Positions 31,337 through 41,165 of a stretch of DNA of 64,000 nt are shown here, in pieces. Within the stretch, counting starts at the first letter, position 1. Every line of letters begins with the position of its first letter. A program made the position numbers and the translations under genes. The stretch comes from Chthoniobacteraceae bacterium (GTDB lineage: Bacteria; Verrucomicrobiota; Verrucomicrobiia; Chthoniobacterales; Chthoniobacteraceae). The stretch is taken from contig JBBCKI010000042.1 in the NCBI GenBank assembly GCA_037190965.1, positions 1 to 64,000 on the forward strand, in the 5' to 3' direction. The notes under the pieces were generated by a model, which was not told the origin of the DNA, did no database searches, and saw only the letters and a list, made by a program, of their open reading frames with translations.

Positions 31337-32341
31337 TTACGAAAGGACTTTGGTGTAAATAGTGCGCAACTGCTCGGCGACTTCAACCCAGGAGTTCGGC
31401 CGGGGAGCGGCGGGAATCCGGGGCGCGGCATCATAGAATTCACGCAGGCGGGGAACGATCTCCCGGACCGTGGAGGGAAGGGGACAGTAGCGGACGCTGT
31501 CGCCAAAGACGCTTCGCGACCACGGCAAATCGCTCAGCAGGAGAGGACACCCGCTCGCGGCGGCTTCTTCTGCGGAGAGGCTGCGCGATTCCCGATTGCT
31601 CAGAAGCACAAACCCGCGTGCCTCCCGGTAAATGGAGGCGAGACGCCTGCGGTCGGCAATCTCTCCTTCATAACGGATAATATCCTGGTGCTGGTTCGCC
31701 AGCCTGATGAACTCCTGGTAGTAGGAATCGTCCTCCGAGTAGGGCTTTCCGATGATCCAGAGCGGCGTCTTCGCTTCGACTGCGGCCCGGGAGAGTTCCA
31801 CAATGCGCTTTAGCGGGTAAATGGTGGCCGTGCAAATCAGCCAGGGCCCACGCGCGGGGGAGGGCTCCGAAATCTCGAAAAAGAAATCCTCCACCCCGTT
31901 GGGAACCACGTGGATTTTTTCCTTGGGGGCTCCGAAGACGTACTCCATCAAATGAGCTTCCCAAGGCGTCAAGGCGATGCAGGCGTCAGCGGTCAGGTAG
32001 CTTCCGCTACAAATTGAATCCGAGTAAACACGGGGCAGCACCGCGCGGAGCACTTTGAACGCGATCCGATTGACCGTCTGGACGGCAGGAGGGCGCGCCC
32101 CTTTGGCGGACAGCAGATCGCTGAAGACAACCTTCATCCCCTTCTTTTTGGCGAGGGCGATATGGTTTGGAACCGGTGGCCCAAAGTTATGCAGAATATC
32201 CGCGCTTTGAAATCCGTCCCACCACCGCACGTAATCAACATCCATGCCGATCTGTTTGAGAGCGGCGATGGTTTGCTCGATCTGGATTTGCTGCCCACCA
32301 TGAGCCAGCAAAAAGGGCACTGCGTTCAAAATGATCTTCAT
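31337..32341 (-). CDS. GT4 glycosyltransferase
   Basis: VVPNGV and ESRSLSAEEAAASG (EX7E) motifs. Confidence 0.85.
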   Translation of the reverse strand: MKIILNAVPFLLAHGGQQIQIEQTIAALKQIGMDVDYVRWWDGFQSADILHNFGPPVPNHIALAKKKGMKVVFSDLLSAKGARPPAVQTVNRIAFKVLRAVLPRVYSDSICSGSYLTADACIALTPWEAHLMEYVFGAPKEKIHVVPNGVEDFFFEISEPSPARGPWLICTATIYPLKRIVELSRAAVEAKTPLWIIGKPYSEDDSYYQEFIRLANQHQDIIRYEGEIADRRRLASIYREARGFVLLSNRESRSLSAEEAAASGCPLLLSDLPWSRSVFGDSVRYCPLPSTVREIVPRLREFYDAAPRIPAAPRPNSWVEVAEQLRTIYTKVLS

Positions 32342-32383
32342 GCGAGCGGAGGATAGTACTAGGGCGGTTGAGAGGAAAATTCT

Positions 32384-33946
32384 CTATCTTAAAAGAAACC
32401 GCAACGGAGCGGGAGTTCTGGTGGGAATTCGGTTGAGGATCAATTGCTTGGTTTCGCCATCCAGTCCAAGCATGATGAAGAGGATGCCGCCCGGGATCCC
32501 GGTGCAAAGCGCGTAGAGCGGAAATCTCCACAACGCGGGCAGATTGCCAAAAAGCCAGGCGTTCAGGAGTGCAATGGGGACGAGAATCGCAACAATCCGC
32601 ATCGGTCCTTTGCTCCAATCGAGCAGGATCCTCAAGGGCGTGAGTTCGAAAAACCGGCTGACTCTCCAGAGGCAGGCCGGAAAGCTGAAGAGGCAGCTTC
32701 CCACAAGGGAAGCTCCAATCATTGCGGTGATTCCTCCCAGGGGGAGAACCACGAGCGAGACACCGACGAAAAAAACGCCTTCGAAGAAATAAATATACCG
32801 CAATAACCCGAACTCTTTTGTAAGCAAAGAGAGGCCGCTGAGATTGCGCGTCATCAATAGCACGATGACCAGGATACCCAACAGCAGATCATTTTGCGGC
32901 GGCCACGCGACCTTCCCCTTCGTCCAGATCTCGATAAAGGATTGATTGCAGAGGGCGAGCATGACTCCCGCGATGGCGGCGAGCGATGTCGAGATAATCG
33001 TCAGGGAACGGAATCGCGAAAAGAACAGGGTATGCTCTTTACGAACCAGCATCTCCGAAAGCGCAGGTTCTGAAAAATCGCGGAATCGGGTCGTGACCTG
33101 GAGGATGAGATTATAGCTGCGCGCGCAGACCGCCCAAATGGCAGCAGCCTCCAATCCCAGGACGCGGGTAACGAGGATTACCTGGCTGGCATTTAGAAAC
33201 TGATTCCCCAGCGTGAAGAGAAACACATCCTTTCCAAAGGAAAACAGCTCTCGGAACAGCGGCCAGGTTGGCCGGCCCCAATGCCCTTTTTTGGGGAGCA
33301 CACCGTGCCGAATGCAGGAGACGAAAAGCAGGACTGTCCCTATCCCGACGGCAATGGCGGTGGACCAGAGAAGACTGAAGACCCCGGCACCCAAATGCAG
33401 GCTGATCCAAAGCACGACGATGGTGATCATCACCTGCAACGCGTCGTTGAAATTCTTCACGTCGATACGCTGATGGGCATGGAGCACGAGAGAAAGCGGG
33501 CGCGTCAAAAAACGGACACTCACCACGATGCTCTCTCCGATGACCAGCAGGGTGAATTGTCGCTGGAACTCCGGCTCGATCTCCAAAAGGCGGCCGACAA
33601 AGAAACTGCCCGAAATGCCAATCCCTGCAATTAAAAGGGCTTGGACGAAATTGACAATCCCTCCGGTCAAAACGGTGCTTCCATACAGATCGCCGACGCG
33701 ATCATCCTTGTGATCGATCAACGTTCGCGCCATCGCGTTCGTCATCCCCATGTCAATGAGAACGATGTAGCCCACCAGTTGGGCCACCAGCGCCCAAAGA
33801 CCGAATTCCGCCTTCGAGAGATAATGAAGGGCAAGCGCAACCGAGAAGAGCCCGTAGAAGATATTAAGCCCCAACAGGAAGTAGCCGGACAGGAGCGCTC
33901 GAATAAATCTTTTACTGCGGGATTCTGGCGTTATCGGTTGGGACAC
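32384..33946 (-). CDS. Polysaccharide flippase (Wzx/MOP family)
   Basis: Many TM helices; EFGLW..DMG N-terminal pattern; lies between two GT4 genes. Confidence 0.8.
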   Translation of the reverse strand: MSQPITPESRSKRFIRALLSGYFLLGLNIFYGLFSVALALHYLSKAEFGLWALVAQLVGYIVLIDMGMTNAMARTLIDHKDDRVGDLYGSTVLTGGIVNFVQALLIAGIGISGSFFVGRLLEIEPEFQRQFTLLVIGESIVVSVRFLTRPLSLVLHAHQRIDVKNFNDALQVMITIVVLWISLHLGAGVFSLLWSTAIAVGIGTVLLFVSCIRHGVLPKKGHWGRPTWPLFRELFSFGKDVFLFTLGNQFLNASQVILVTRVLGLEAAAIWAVCARSYNLILQVTTRFRDFSEPALSEMLVRKEHTLFFSRFRSLTIISTSLAAIAGVMLALCNQSFIEIWTKGKVAWPPQNDLLLGILVIVLLMTRNLSGLSLLTKEFGLLRYIYFFEGVFFVGVSLVVLPLGGITAMIGASLVGSCLFSFPACLWRVSRFFELTPLRILLDWSKGPMRIVAILVPIALLNAWLFGNLPALWRFPLYALCTGIPGGILFIMLGLDGETKQLILNRIPTRTPAPLRFLLR

Positions 33947-33959
33947 AAAAGAGAGAAAC

Positions 33960-34032
33960 TAAACCTGAATTCCGATGTTCGAGCCAGCGGAATTATGCAA
34001 GAGCCTGGAGCAGAAACAGTTGAGGAGAAGCG
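33960..34032. mobile_element. Left half of MITE family C
   Basis: TAAACCTGAATTCCGAT...GCAGAAACAGTTGAGGAGAAGCG matches the 5' half of the 35325 copy. Confidence 0.75.
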
Positions 34033-34062
34033 CCTCAAGCGCCTCTATGGCGTGCGGGAACT

Positions 34063-35211
34063 TCACCGCCCTTTGAGGACCTCCCGGTAAATCTCCAAAT
34101 GCCGCTCGGCAATGACCCTTGGGTGATAACGGCGACCAATCTCTGCCGCCGCTTCCGTCGGCTTGGGCGCCCCTTTCTCCAGCCATCCAATGATGCCTCT
34201 CTTGACTGAAGCGGTCTCCTCGACGGGATGCAACTCGGCCAATTCCACTCCGGTTGCAATATCCACGATGCCGCCGACCGCTCCTCCGAAAAACTTGAGA
34301 TTCCGCGCCAGAGCTTCCGCCGCCACAAGGCCGAATGATTCTTCCGCGGAAAAATGGATCATCGCGTCGACGCGGTCGAAAAGCTCGATCAATTCCGCGC
34401 ACGATTTGGTTCCCAGGTACGCCCCGTAGCCTTTTTCTTCGGCGACCTTGATTCTTGCAAAGAAGCTCTTTCCATACTCCGATTCGGCGGAACTCGGGCC
34501 GACAAAGGCGAATCGCACACGGTGTCCCTCGCAATGAAGCTCTTCCGCGATCGCCAGGATCTCCAACTGCTTCTTCAGCGGGGTGATGGTGCCGACGTTG
34601 ACGATGGTTGGGATGTTCGAACGATCTCCCGTCGTCCGGGGTGCAAAAAAAGGGGCTCTCAACGCATTGGGCACCGCCCACATTTTTTTGGCATGAGGAC
34701 GCACCAACGATTCAGTGTAACTGGAATTGCAGAAAACCCCGGACGTTCGAGGAAGTGCAAACTCTTCCAGACGCGCAGTGAGCCAATGAAAACTGAAAGG
34801 CCGCGCGCCATACAATTTCGCGAGTTTGGCCATGTTCCCATGGATGGTCAGGACGTTCGGGTAGCCCGACAAGACAGCCTCCATGGCGCAGTTTCTCTCG
34901 GTTCCCTGCCCGTGGACAATGTCGGGATCAATCTCCCGCAGCTTTTTTCTTACGGCACGGACCGTCCCGAGGTAGGCCGTCGTCATCCAGCCGATCTTTG
35001 GAACTTCAAGACTGTGATACCAAAGGTTCTTCCCGATTTTTTCAGGAGCATTGACCGGCTGGCGCAGGCAGGAAACCACGTGAACCTCGATCCCCTCCAG
35101 AAGTTCGAAACCCTGCAGCAGTGCCTCCGGAGCCGTCCCAAAAACAGGTTGCGGCGCGTCGTACCGTTTGGACATTTCTCGATTGTCCGTGGCGAGGAGA
35201 GCAATTTTCAT
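34063..35211 (-). CDS. GT4 glycosyltransferase
   Basis: PDIVHGQG, VPNA, EESFGLVAAEAL motifs. Confidence 0.88.
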   Translation of the reverse strand: MKIALLATDNREMSKRYDAPQPVFGTAPEALLQGFELLEGIEVHVVSCLRQPVNAPEKIGKNLWYHSLEVPKIGWMTTAYLGTVRAVRKKLREIDPDIVHGQGTERNCAMEAVLSGYPNVLTIHGNMAKLAKLYGARPFSFHWLTARLEEFALPRTSGVFCNSSYTESLVRPHAKKMWAVPNALRAPFFAPRTTGDRSNIPTIVNVGTITPLKKQLEILAIAEELHCEGHRVRFAFVGPSSAESEYGKSFFARIKVAEEKGYGAYLGTKSCAELIELFDRVDAMIHFSAEESFGLVAAEALARNLKFFGGAVGGIVDIATGVELAELHPVEETASVKRGIIGWLEKGAPKPTEAAAEIGRRYHPRVIAERHLEIYREVLKGR

Positions 35212-35324
35212 TCTTTAGACTGAGGAATCAACGAAAGCGACCGAATCACGGAATTAACATAGCAAGTGAATTGCTCGCCGTTCCAAACATTGCCCTGCTC
35301 CCGGCTTCAGCATCCAGCAAAATT

Positions 35325-35492
35325 TGAACCTGAATTCCGATATTGGAGCGGATGAGCTTGTGCAAAATCTTGGTGCAGAAACGGTTGAGGAGAAGCGTAG
35401 CCGTATCTTCGATACGGTGAGCCTTCGACGAAGCCGTTTATGCCCAAGAGGTTGCGCAAGCTCGCCGCGAGCAACTTCGGAACCCAGGTTGA
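35325..35492. mobile_element. Palindromic MITE-like element (family C), copy 2
   Basis: Termini AACCTGAATTCCGA / TCGGAACCCAGGTT; colinear with the 27530 copy. Confidence 0.85.
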
Positions 35493-35524
35493 AGCCCGGT
35501 ACTATTGCCGGAAAATCGTGGGGT

Positions 35525-38254
35525 TCAACACGAACTGCTCGCCATGATCCCGAAGCAGCGCGTTACCAGCGCCGTCCAGCCGGTCTGGTGACTTGCGCCA
35601 AGGCCGCGTCCGGTATCGGCGTGGAAATATTCGTTGAAGAGGATAAGATTGCGCCAATGCGGATCGCGCGCGTACTGCTCCGCCAAAGCGCTATCCGTGT
35701 AGATCGGGCGGCGGCCCTCCTTGTCGGGCTCGAAGAGGGAGGCAAGGCGGCGCGCCAGTTCGCGGGCCACTTGCTGGAGTGTCATGAATTTGCCGGAGCC
35801 GACGGGGCATTCCACCTTGAGGGTGTCGCCATAGAAGTGATGGTAGCGTTCCAACGCTTCGATCAACAGATAATTGATGGGATACCAGATCGGTCCGCGC
35901 CAGTTGGAGTTACCGCCAAAGAGACTTTCACGCGATTCGCCCGGCTCATAGCCGATGCAGTAGGGGGTGCCGTCGAGACGGATGGTGTACGGATGCCTCT
36001 CGTAAGCCTTCGAAAGCGACCGAATCCCGTAAGGGGAGAGAAACTCGTTTTCATCGAGCACGTACCGGAGCACCCTCAGGAGCCGGTCACGCGAGGGAAT
36101 CGCCAGCATCCGTAGGGAATGCGGAGCGGGATGCCCAAGATCGCTGCCTTCCGTCTGGGCCAGGTAGGAAATATGCCCCGCCAGGTCGGGCCGATTTTCG
36201 ATGAACCAGCGAGCCCGCTTTTTGAAGCCCGGGAAAAGGTTGATGGTCTGCTGATTGATCACTTCCACCGCCAGCAGCGGGATAATCCCCACCAGCGAAC
36301 GCACCCGGAGCGGCACGGAGTGTCCATCCAGGGCGATGTGATCGTAGTAGAAGCCGTCCTCCTCATTCCAGAGCCCCACGCCGCCCAGGGCGTTCATGGC
36401 ATCGACAATGCCGACGAAGTGCTCGAAGAACTTTGAAGCGATGTCCTCATAGGCGGGATTGGAGCGCGCCAGTTCCAGCGCCATGGAGAGCATCGTGCCG
36501 CAGTAAAAGGCCATCCACGCGGTGCCGTCCGCCTGCTCCAGGGTTGTTCCACCGGGCAGCGGTTTGGAGCGATCGAAGAGCCCGATATTGTCGAGCCCCA
36601 GAAAGCCGCCGGAGAAAATCTGTTTCCCTTCCACGTCCTTGCGGTTGACCCACCAGGTGAAGTTCAGAAGCAGCTTCTGGAAGCAACGCTCCAGAAAGAG
36701 CCGGTCCCGCTTTCCATCGCGCCCGGCGATCTTATAGACGCGCCAGCAGGCCCAGGCATGCACGGGCGGGTTCACATCGCAAAAATTCCATTCGTAGGCA
36801 GGGATCTGCCCATTGGGGTGCATGTACCACTCCCGCAAAAGAAGCTGAAGCTGGGCTTTGGCGAATTCCGCGTCGATCCGGGCAAACGGAATCATGTGAA
36901 AGGCGAGATCCCACGCGGCAAACCATGGGTACTCCCAGTCGTCAGGCATGGAGAGGACGTCGCGGCTGTAGAGTTGCGTCCAGTCCATGTTGCGGACGTG
37001 AGCGTGGCCGGGCGGCGGTGGCGGTGTGCCGGGATCGCCCTTGAGCCAGTCTTCCACGATGTAACAGTAGTACTGTTTGGACCAGAGAAGTCCCGCATAC
37101 GCTTGCCGCGCGATGGCGCACTGCTCCGACGTCAGCGGCTCGGCGAGCTTACTCGCATAGTAGGCTTCGTTTTCTTCGATGCGGGTAGTGAAAAGGGTGT
37201 CGAACCGTGCAAAATAGTCGCTCCCGCACGCCTTGGCTTCCGGTTCGCCGAGAAGACGCAGGCGAAGGACCGTCTCGCCCCCGGGCGGAAGTGTCACGAC
37301 CCGGTACGCGGCGGCTTTCGTGCCCCAGCCGCCGGGATTTACGGCGCTCTTCTTCCCATGCACGACATACTGGTGGAACGCGTCTTTCACATACGGATCC
37401 GTATTGGGCGCGCCGAAGAGGCTTTCGTTGTTGGTTTCGTTTTCGGTGAAAAGCCACGTTGCTTTGTCGGGCTTTCGGACCTCCCCGGACTCCTCGATCG
37501 CCAACCGGAAATGGCCCAGCGTCTCGTGGGTGGCAGTCAGTTCGGCGGGCCGGGCGGGGTCGATTTCCAGCCGCGGCTTCAGCGAGCACCCCTCATGACG
37601 GCAGCCCCAGCTCCAACTGTTTCGAAACCAGAGCGTCGGCAGAACGTGAAGGGTTGCCTCCTCCGGGCCGCGATTGGCGAGCGTCAGCCGGATGAGCGTG
37701 TCATCGGGGCTCTCCTTGGCATACTCCACCGTGACATCGAAATACCGGTTTTCCGCAAAGATACCGGTATCTTCCAGTTCGTACTCGCGCTCCTCCCGGG
37801 TGCGGCTGGCATTGATCGCCTTCAGGGCGTCATAGGGAAATTCGGCCTGCGGGTATTTATAAAGCGCTTTGGCGTAGGAATGCGTGGGCGAAGAAGCAAG
37901 GTAGTAGTAGCATTCCTTTACGTCCTCGCCGTGGTTCCCCTGCGGGTTGGAAAGCCCGAAAAGACGCTCCTTCAAAATCGGGTCGCGTCCGTTCCAGAGG
38001 GCTACCGCAAAACAGAGGCGGCATTCGCGATCCGTCCAGCCGAGCAGGCCATCCTCTCCCCAGCGGTAGGCGCGGCTGCAGGCGGCGTCGTGAGGAAAGT
38101 AGCCCCACGCATCGCCATTGGCGGAGTAATCCTCGCGCACCGTCCCCCATTGCCGCCCGGCAAGGTAGGGCCCCCAGCGCTGCCAGTTCTTCTCGCGTCC
38201 AGCGGCTTCGGCGAGGCGGCGGTGTTCGCTGGTGTGGGAGGCGGGTGTCGTCAT
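35525..38254 (-). CDS. GH63-like glucosidase (MGH1-like)
   Basis: WGPYL..RQWGTVREDYS, WEYPWFAAWD, NSNWRGPIW, GASHQTGWT motifs. Confidence 0.9.
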   Translation of the reverse strand: MTTPASHTSEHRRLAEAAGREKNWQRWGPYLAGRQWGTVREDYSANGDAWGYFPHDAACSRAYRWGEDGLLGWTDRECRLCFAVALWNGRDPILKERLFGLSNPQGNHGEDVKECYYYLASSPTHSYAKALYKYPQAEFPYDALKAINASRTREEREYELEDTGIFAENRYFDVTVEYAKESPDDTLIRLTLANRGPEEATLHVLPTLWFRNSWSWGCRHEGCSLKPRLEIDPARPAELTATHETLGHFRLAIEESGEVRKPDKATWLFTENETNNESLFGAPNTDPYVKDAFHQYVVHGKKSAVNPGGWGTKAAAYRVVTLPPGGETVLRLRLLGEPEAKACGSDYFARFDTLFTTRIEENEAYYASKLAEPLTSEQCAIARQAYAGLLWSKQYYCYIVEDWLKGDPGTPPPPPGHAHVRNMDWTQLYSRDVLSMPDDWEYPWFAAWDLAFHMIPFARIDAEFAKAQLQLLLREWYMHPNGQIPAYEWNFCDVNPPVHAWACWRVYKIAGRDGKRDRLFLERCFQKLLLNFTWWVNRKDVEGKQIFSGGFLGLDNIGLFDRSKPLPGGTTLEQADGTAWMAFYCGTMLSMALELARSNPAYEDIASKFFEHFVGIVDAMNALGGVGLWNEEDGFYYDHIALDGHSVPLRVRSLVGIIPLLAVEVINQQTINLFPGFKKRARWFIENRPDLAGHISYLAQTEGSDLGHPAPHSLRMLAIPSRDRLLRVLRYVLDENEFLSPYGIRSLSKAYERHPYTIRLDGTPYCIGYEPGESRESLFGGNSNWRGPIWYPINYLLIEALERYHHFYGDTLKVECPVGSGKFMTLQQVARELARRLASLFEPDKEGRRPIYTDSALAEQYARDPHWRNLILFNEYFHADTGRGLGASHQTGWTALVTRCFGIMASSSC

Positions 38255-38709
38255 TCCTTGGATTGTACTATCGGAAAGTCGAGGGGGACCTCTCTTGCGC
38301 AGTCGAGCAACGCCTCAGCGCCGAATTTTTTTTCGATGGCGGCTCGCTGAACCCCATCGTATCCGCGATCGTAATTCAGCCCGAACATGCTGACCATGCA
38401 GCTTGGAAAGTAGCGGATTCGGATTCCATGCCTCTCCTGCACCAGCGCACTGTAATTCCTCATCCAATGCCACTGGCGGCCAACACGGTTTTTTCTCGCC
38501 CACTCTTCTGGCAGGCCAAAAGAGCCCTTAAGCTCATAGTGACCATGATACACATCCCACCGCGCTCTGATGTTTCCCAACGGATAGCCGACGCCGGCTA
38601 AAACCGTTTCCAGTAAAACGAGCCCCCAGATTGGCGAAGTGATCGCCAGAAGAAACCAGAGGAACCTGACCCTCCTTTTCCTGAGAGTGGTTGCGGGAGT
38701 ATTTTCCAT
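38251..38709 (-). CDS. Hypothetical membrane-anchored protein
   Basis: One N-terminal TM after KRR; 4-bp overlap with the glucosidase start. Confidence 0.55.
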   Translation of the reverse strand: MENTPATTLRKRRVRFLWFLLAITSPIWGLVLLETVLAGVGYPLGNIRARWDVYHGHYELKGSFGLPEEWARKNRVGRQWHWMRNYSALVQERHGIRIRYFPSCMVSMFGLNYDRGYDGVQRAAIEKKFGAEALLDCAREVPLDFPIVQSKE

Positions 38710-38766
38710 GGCATCGAGGAGGTACGCCGAAGATGAATCGCACGATACATGATTTCTGCCGCCTAA

Positions 38767-38840
38767 GGAATCGCTGATTAAATGGAACATGACGAAAGCG
38801 CAGGCAGTTTGCGGCATAGCTCGCTTTAATCAGTGGCTCC
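38767..38840. mobile_element. 74-bp MITE with IS5-like termini (family F)
   Basis: GGAATCGCTGATTAAA / TTTAATCAGTGGCTCC imperfect inverted repeats flanked by CTAA and TTAA. Confidence 0.6.
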
Positions 38841-38928
38841 TTAAGTCGAGCAACCACTCTTGCGCTTGCGGCGATGACCGAAGCGCCTTACCCTCCGCCC
38901 GTGGCCTCCGATCCTTATTTGTTCCGAC

Positions 38929-40536
38929 ATGCTTGCGGGTAAATCACGGGTTGAATCAGAGCGGCATGACTCAAGACGCCGGTCGGCGTCTCTTTTGCAA
39001 CGTCTGGGCCAACAGGATCGCGTGCTGGTTTTTTCCCTGCTCGCCTTCTGGATGGCCGCGCTCGCGATTCACCGGTTCTACCTCTATAATTTGGGGCCGG
39101 ACACCATCTCCTGCTTTTCAATTGCGAAGTTGACTCTCCAGGGTCACGGAGCCCTTGCGATCAATACCCATTGGGCTCCGCTTTTCTCCTGGTTGCTCGT
39201 CCCGCTCCTTGCGTTGGGAATTGCTCCCGAGGCGGCGGGGGCGCTGCTGTCGCTTCCCATCGGTGCCGTGGTCATCGTCGCAACATGGAAACTGGAAGGA
39301 TTGCTGGGGCTTGATTTGAAATGGCGTCGCGTCTCCCTCCTTTGCACGCTCCCCCACCTTCTCTACTGGTCAATGGTCAACCGGGGGACCGATCTTCTCT
39401 CGTTGGCGTTGATGCTGGTTTTCCTCAATATTGTCCTGCGCCGGGACTTTGCGGGAAACCGCGCGTTGAGCGCGTGGGCGGGGGCTGTGGGTGGCGTAAG
39501 CTATCTCGCCAAGAGCTACTGCTTTCCGTTCTTTCTCGTCTCCTTTTCCCTGGTGGCGCTGTGGAATGGAATCGCAGGGAATCTAAAAAGACAGTTGGGC
39601 TGTTATCTTCTCGGCGTTCTCATCTTCTTTGCAATTTCGTTCCCGTGGGTGGCGGCGATCTCCCTCAAGCATCAGCAACTGACGATCGGAACGGCAGGAG
39701 CGTTTACCCTGCAATTTCAGGCCCCGAACCTGAAGCTGACACCGACGGAAGATCAGGGCTTTCTCGCCCCGCCCAATGACTACGCCGTCAGCTATTGGGA
39801 AGACCCCGCCCGGCTTGTGACAAGAGGCTGGAGCCCGTTCCGCTCCCGGTCCGACTTCACCCACTATCTTCAGGTGGTTTACAAAAACTTTTTCGAAGCC
39901 CTTGGAGTGGTCCATTATGCTTCCGCCTTGGCCGTCGGCCTGGCTGCGATGGCGGGGATGATCGAACTAAGCCGCTCCCGGGAAGGGCGATTAAAAAATT
40001 TGGCTCCCGCCCTCGGTCTGATCATCCTGCTCATGGTTTACACGGCGGGGTATGTGCTCATTTTCATCGAGGAGCGCTATCTCTGGCCCGTCGTGATCGC
40101 CGTCGTGCTTTTGGGCTCGCTGGCGATCCAACGGATCAGGGAACGTTCGCTCGTCACCCGGCAAGCTCTCGGCCTGTTTCTGCTTCTATGGGTGGGCTCA
40201 TGCTTTGTCACGCCGGTGGCGCTTCTGGCGCGACTCGTCAATTTCGGCAAGGAGCCTTACAAGATCAGCCTCGGTCTCCCGGAGATCCGGGGAAGCCGGG
40301 TGGCCTCCAATGAATATCTGCCGGGTCTCAAGCTGGCCTACTACAAGGACGCCAAGTTCTACGGAATTCCCTCGCTGGAGATGGATTCTGCGGGAGTTGC
40401 CTCAAGCCTGAGGGAAAACAGAATCGACTATTTCTTCCTTTGGAACGAGGAGAAGGCTCCTTCTTATCTTGATGAATTCGAGCAGGTGGATGAAGGCCGG
40501 TTCCCCGGGATGCAGCTTTACCGGGTCCGGAAGTAA
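38929..40536 (+). CDS. Polytopic membrane protein, probable GT-C glycosyltransferase
   Basis: PD motif after TM1, WAPLFSWL, YLAK, ERYLWP; start uncertain. Confidence 0.65.
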   Translation: MLAGKSRVESERHDSRRRSASLLQRLGQQDRVLVFSLLAFWMAALAIHRFYLYNLGPDTISCFSIAKLTLQGHGALAINTHWAPLFSWLLVPLLALGIAPEAAGALLSLPIGAVVIVATWKLEGLLGLDLKWRRVSLLCTLPHLLYWSMVNRGTDLLSLALMLVFLNIVLRRDFAGNRALSAWAGAVGGVSYLAKSYCFPFFLVSFSLVALWNGIAGNLKRQLGCYLLGVLIFFAISFPWVAAISLKHQQLTIGTAGAFTLQFQAPNLKLTPTEDQGFLAPPNDYAVSYWEDPARLVTRGWSPFRSRSDFTHYLQVVYKNFFEALGVVHYASALAVGLAAMAGMIELSRSREGRLKNLAPALGLIILLMVYTAGYVLIFIEERYLWPVVIAVVLLGSLAIQRIRERSLVTRQALGLFLLLWVGSCFVTPVALLARLVNFGKEPYKISLGLPEIRGSRVASNEYLPGLKLAYYKDAKFYGIPSLEMDSAGVASSLRENRIDYFFLWNEEKAPSYLDEFEQVDEGRFPGMQLYRVRK

Positions 40537-40572
40537 CCGATTTAGGTGAGGGCGGCTTTGGAGGACAGGCGA

Positions 40573-40905
40573 GGTAGACCGCTCTCGCCGAGAGCGCGGG
40601 AGATGACCAGGAGGCACGCTTGACGCTCATCCGCCGGACGGATGCCGGTGGTCCTTGGGATTGGGATGTAACCTTCAGGGAGACTCAAAGACCTAGAGCG
40701 TTTTTGAGTTAAATGTTTACAATTATTTGCGAGCGCCGTGGGTTGGTGCGCGGCTTTTCAAGCGAAGCGGCTGTATTTCCAATACTGCCCGAGCTTGAAG
40801 GGCCGCGCAACGGCCCACGCCACCGCAAATAATTGTAAACAGGAAATTCAAAATCGCTCTAGCCCGCGCTCGGCGGCGCGAGCGGACTACCGGTGCTGCC
40901 GCACC
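40573..40905. repeat. GTAG-type REP doublet (family B), copy 3, interrupted by MITE D
   Basis: Left REP at 40573-40601, right REP at 40863-40905, MITE between them. Confidence 0.8.
40693..40862. mobile_element. Palindromic MITE (family D), longest copy
   Basis: CTAGAGCG...CGCTCTAG termini; internal IR TGTTTACAATTATTTGCG / CGCAAATAATTGTAAACA. Confidence 0.85.
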
Positions 40906-40914
40906 GATCAGGAG

Positions 40915-40941
40915 GGATGCGCAAGTGCAGCATCCTTTTTT
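40915..40941 (+). terminator. Rho-independent terminator
   Basis: GGATGC...GCATCC stem followed by T6. Confidence 0.6.
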
Positions 40942-40985
40942 CAGGTTGAAATTTGTCAAAGGCCCGCTTTAATCAAAGAACTCCA

Positions 40986-41039
40986 ATGCGTCCTTTGCTG
41001 ACCAGCCGACTTACGTTGCTCCACGGGTTCCTGCTTTAG
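40986..41039 (+). CDS. leuA leader peptide MRPLLTSRLTLLHGFLL
   Basis: 17 codons, 7 Leu, directly upstream of leuA and of a terminator-like hairpin. Confidence 0.75.
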   Translation: MRPLLTSRLTLLHGFLL

Positions 41040-41114
41040 AAAGCAATTTCTAGAGGGCGGGAGCGCTCGCTGGAGCTTATTGTCGTAATTCGGCTGCGCC
41101 TGTTCCCGGTGGAA

Positions 41115-41140
41115 GCGGCTGCGCCGCCTTTCTTTTTTTT
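41115..41140 (+). terminator. Putative attenuator terminator of the leuA leader
   Basis: GCGGC-TGC-GCCGC stem followed by CTTTCTTTTTTTT. Confidence 0.6.
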
Positions 41141-41165
41141 CAAACGATCCACCAGAAATATTTTT

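Noticed and set aside
35324..36115. 263-aa plus-strand ORF
   Set aside because: Starts in MITE C and runs antisense to the GH63 gene
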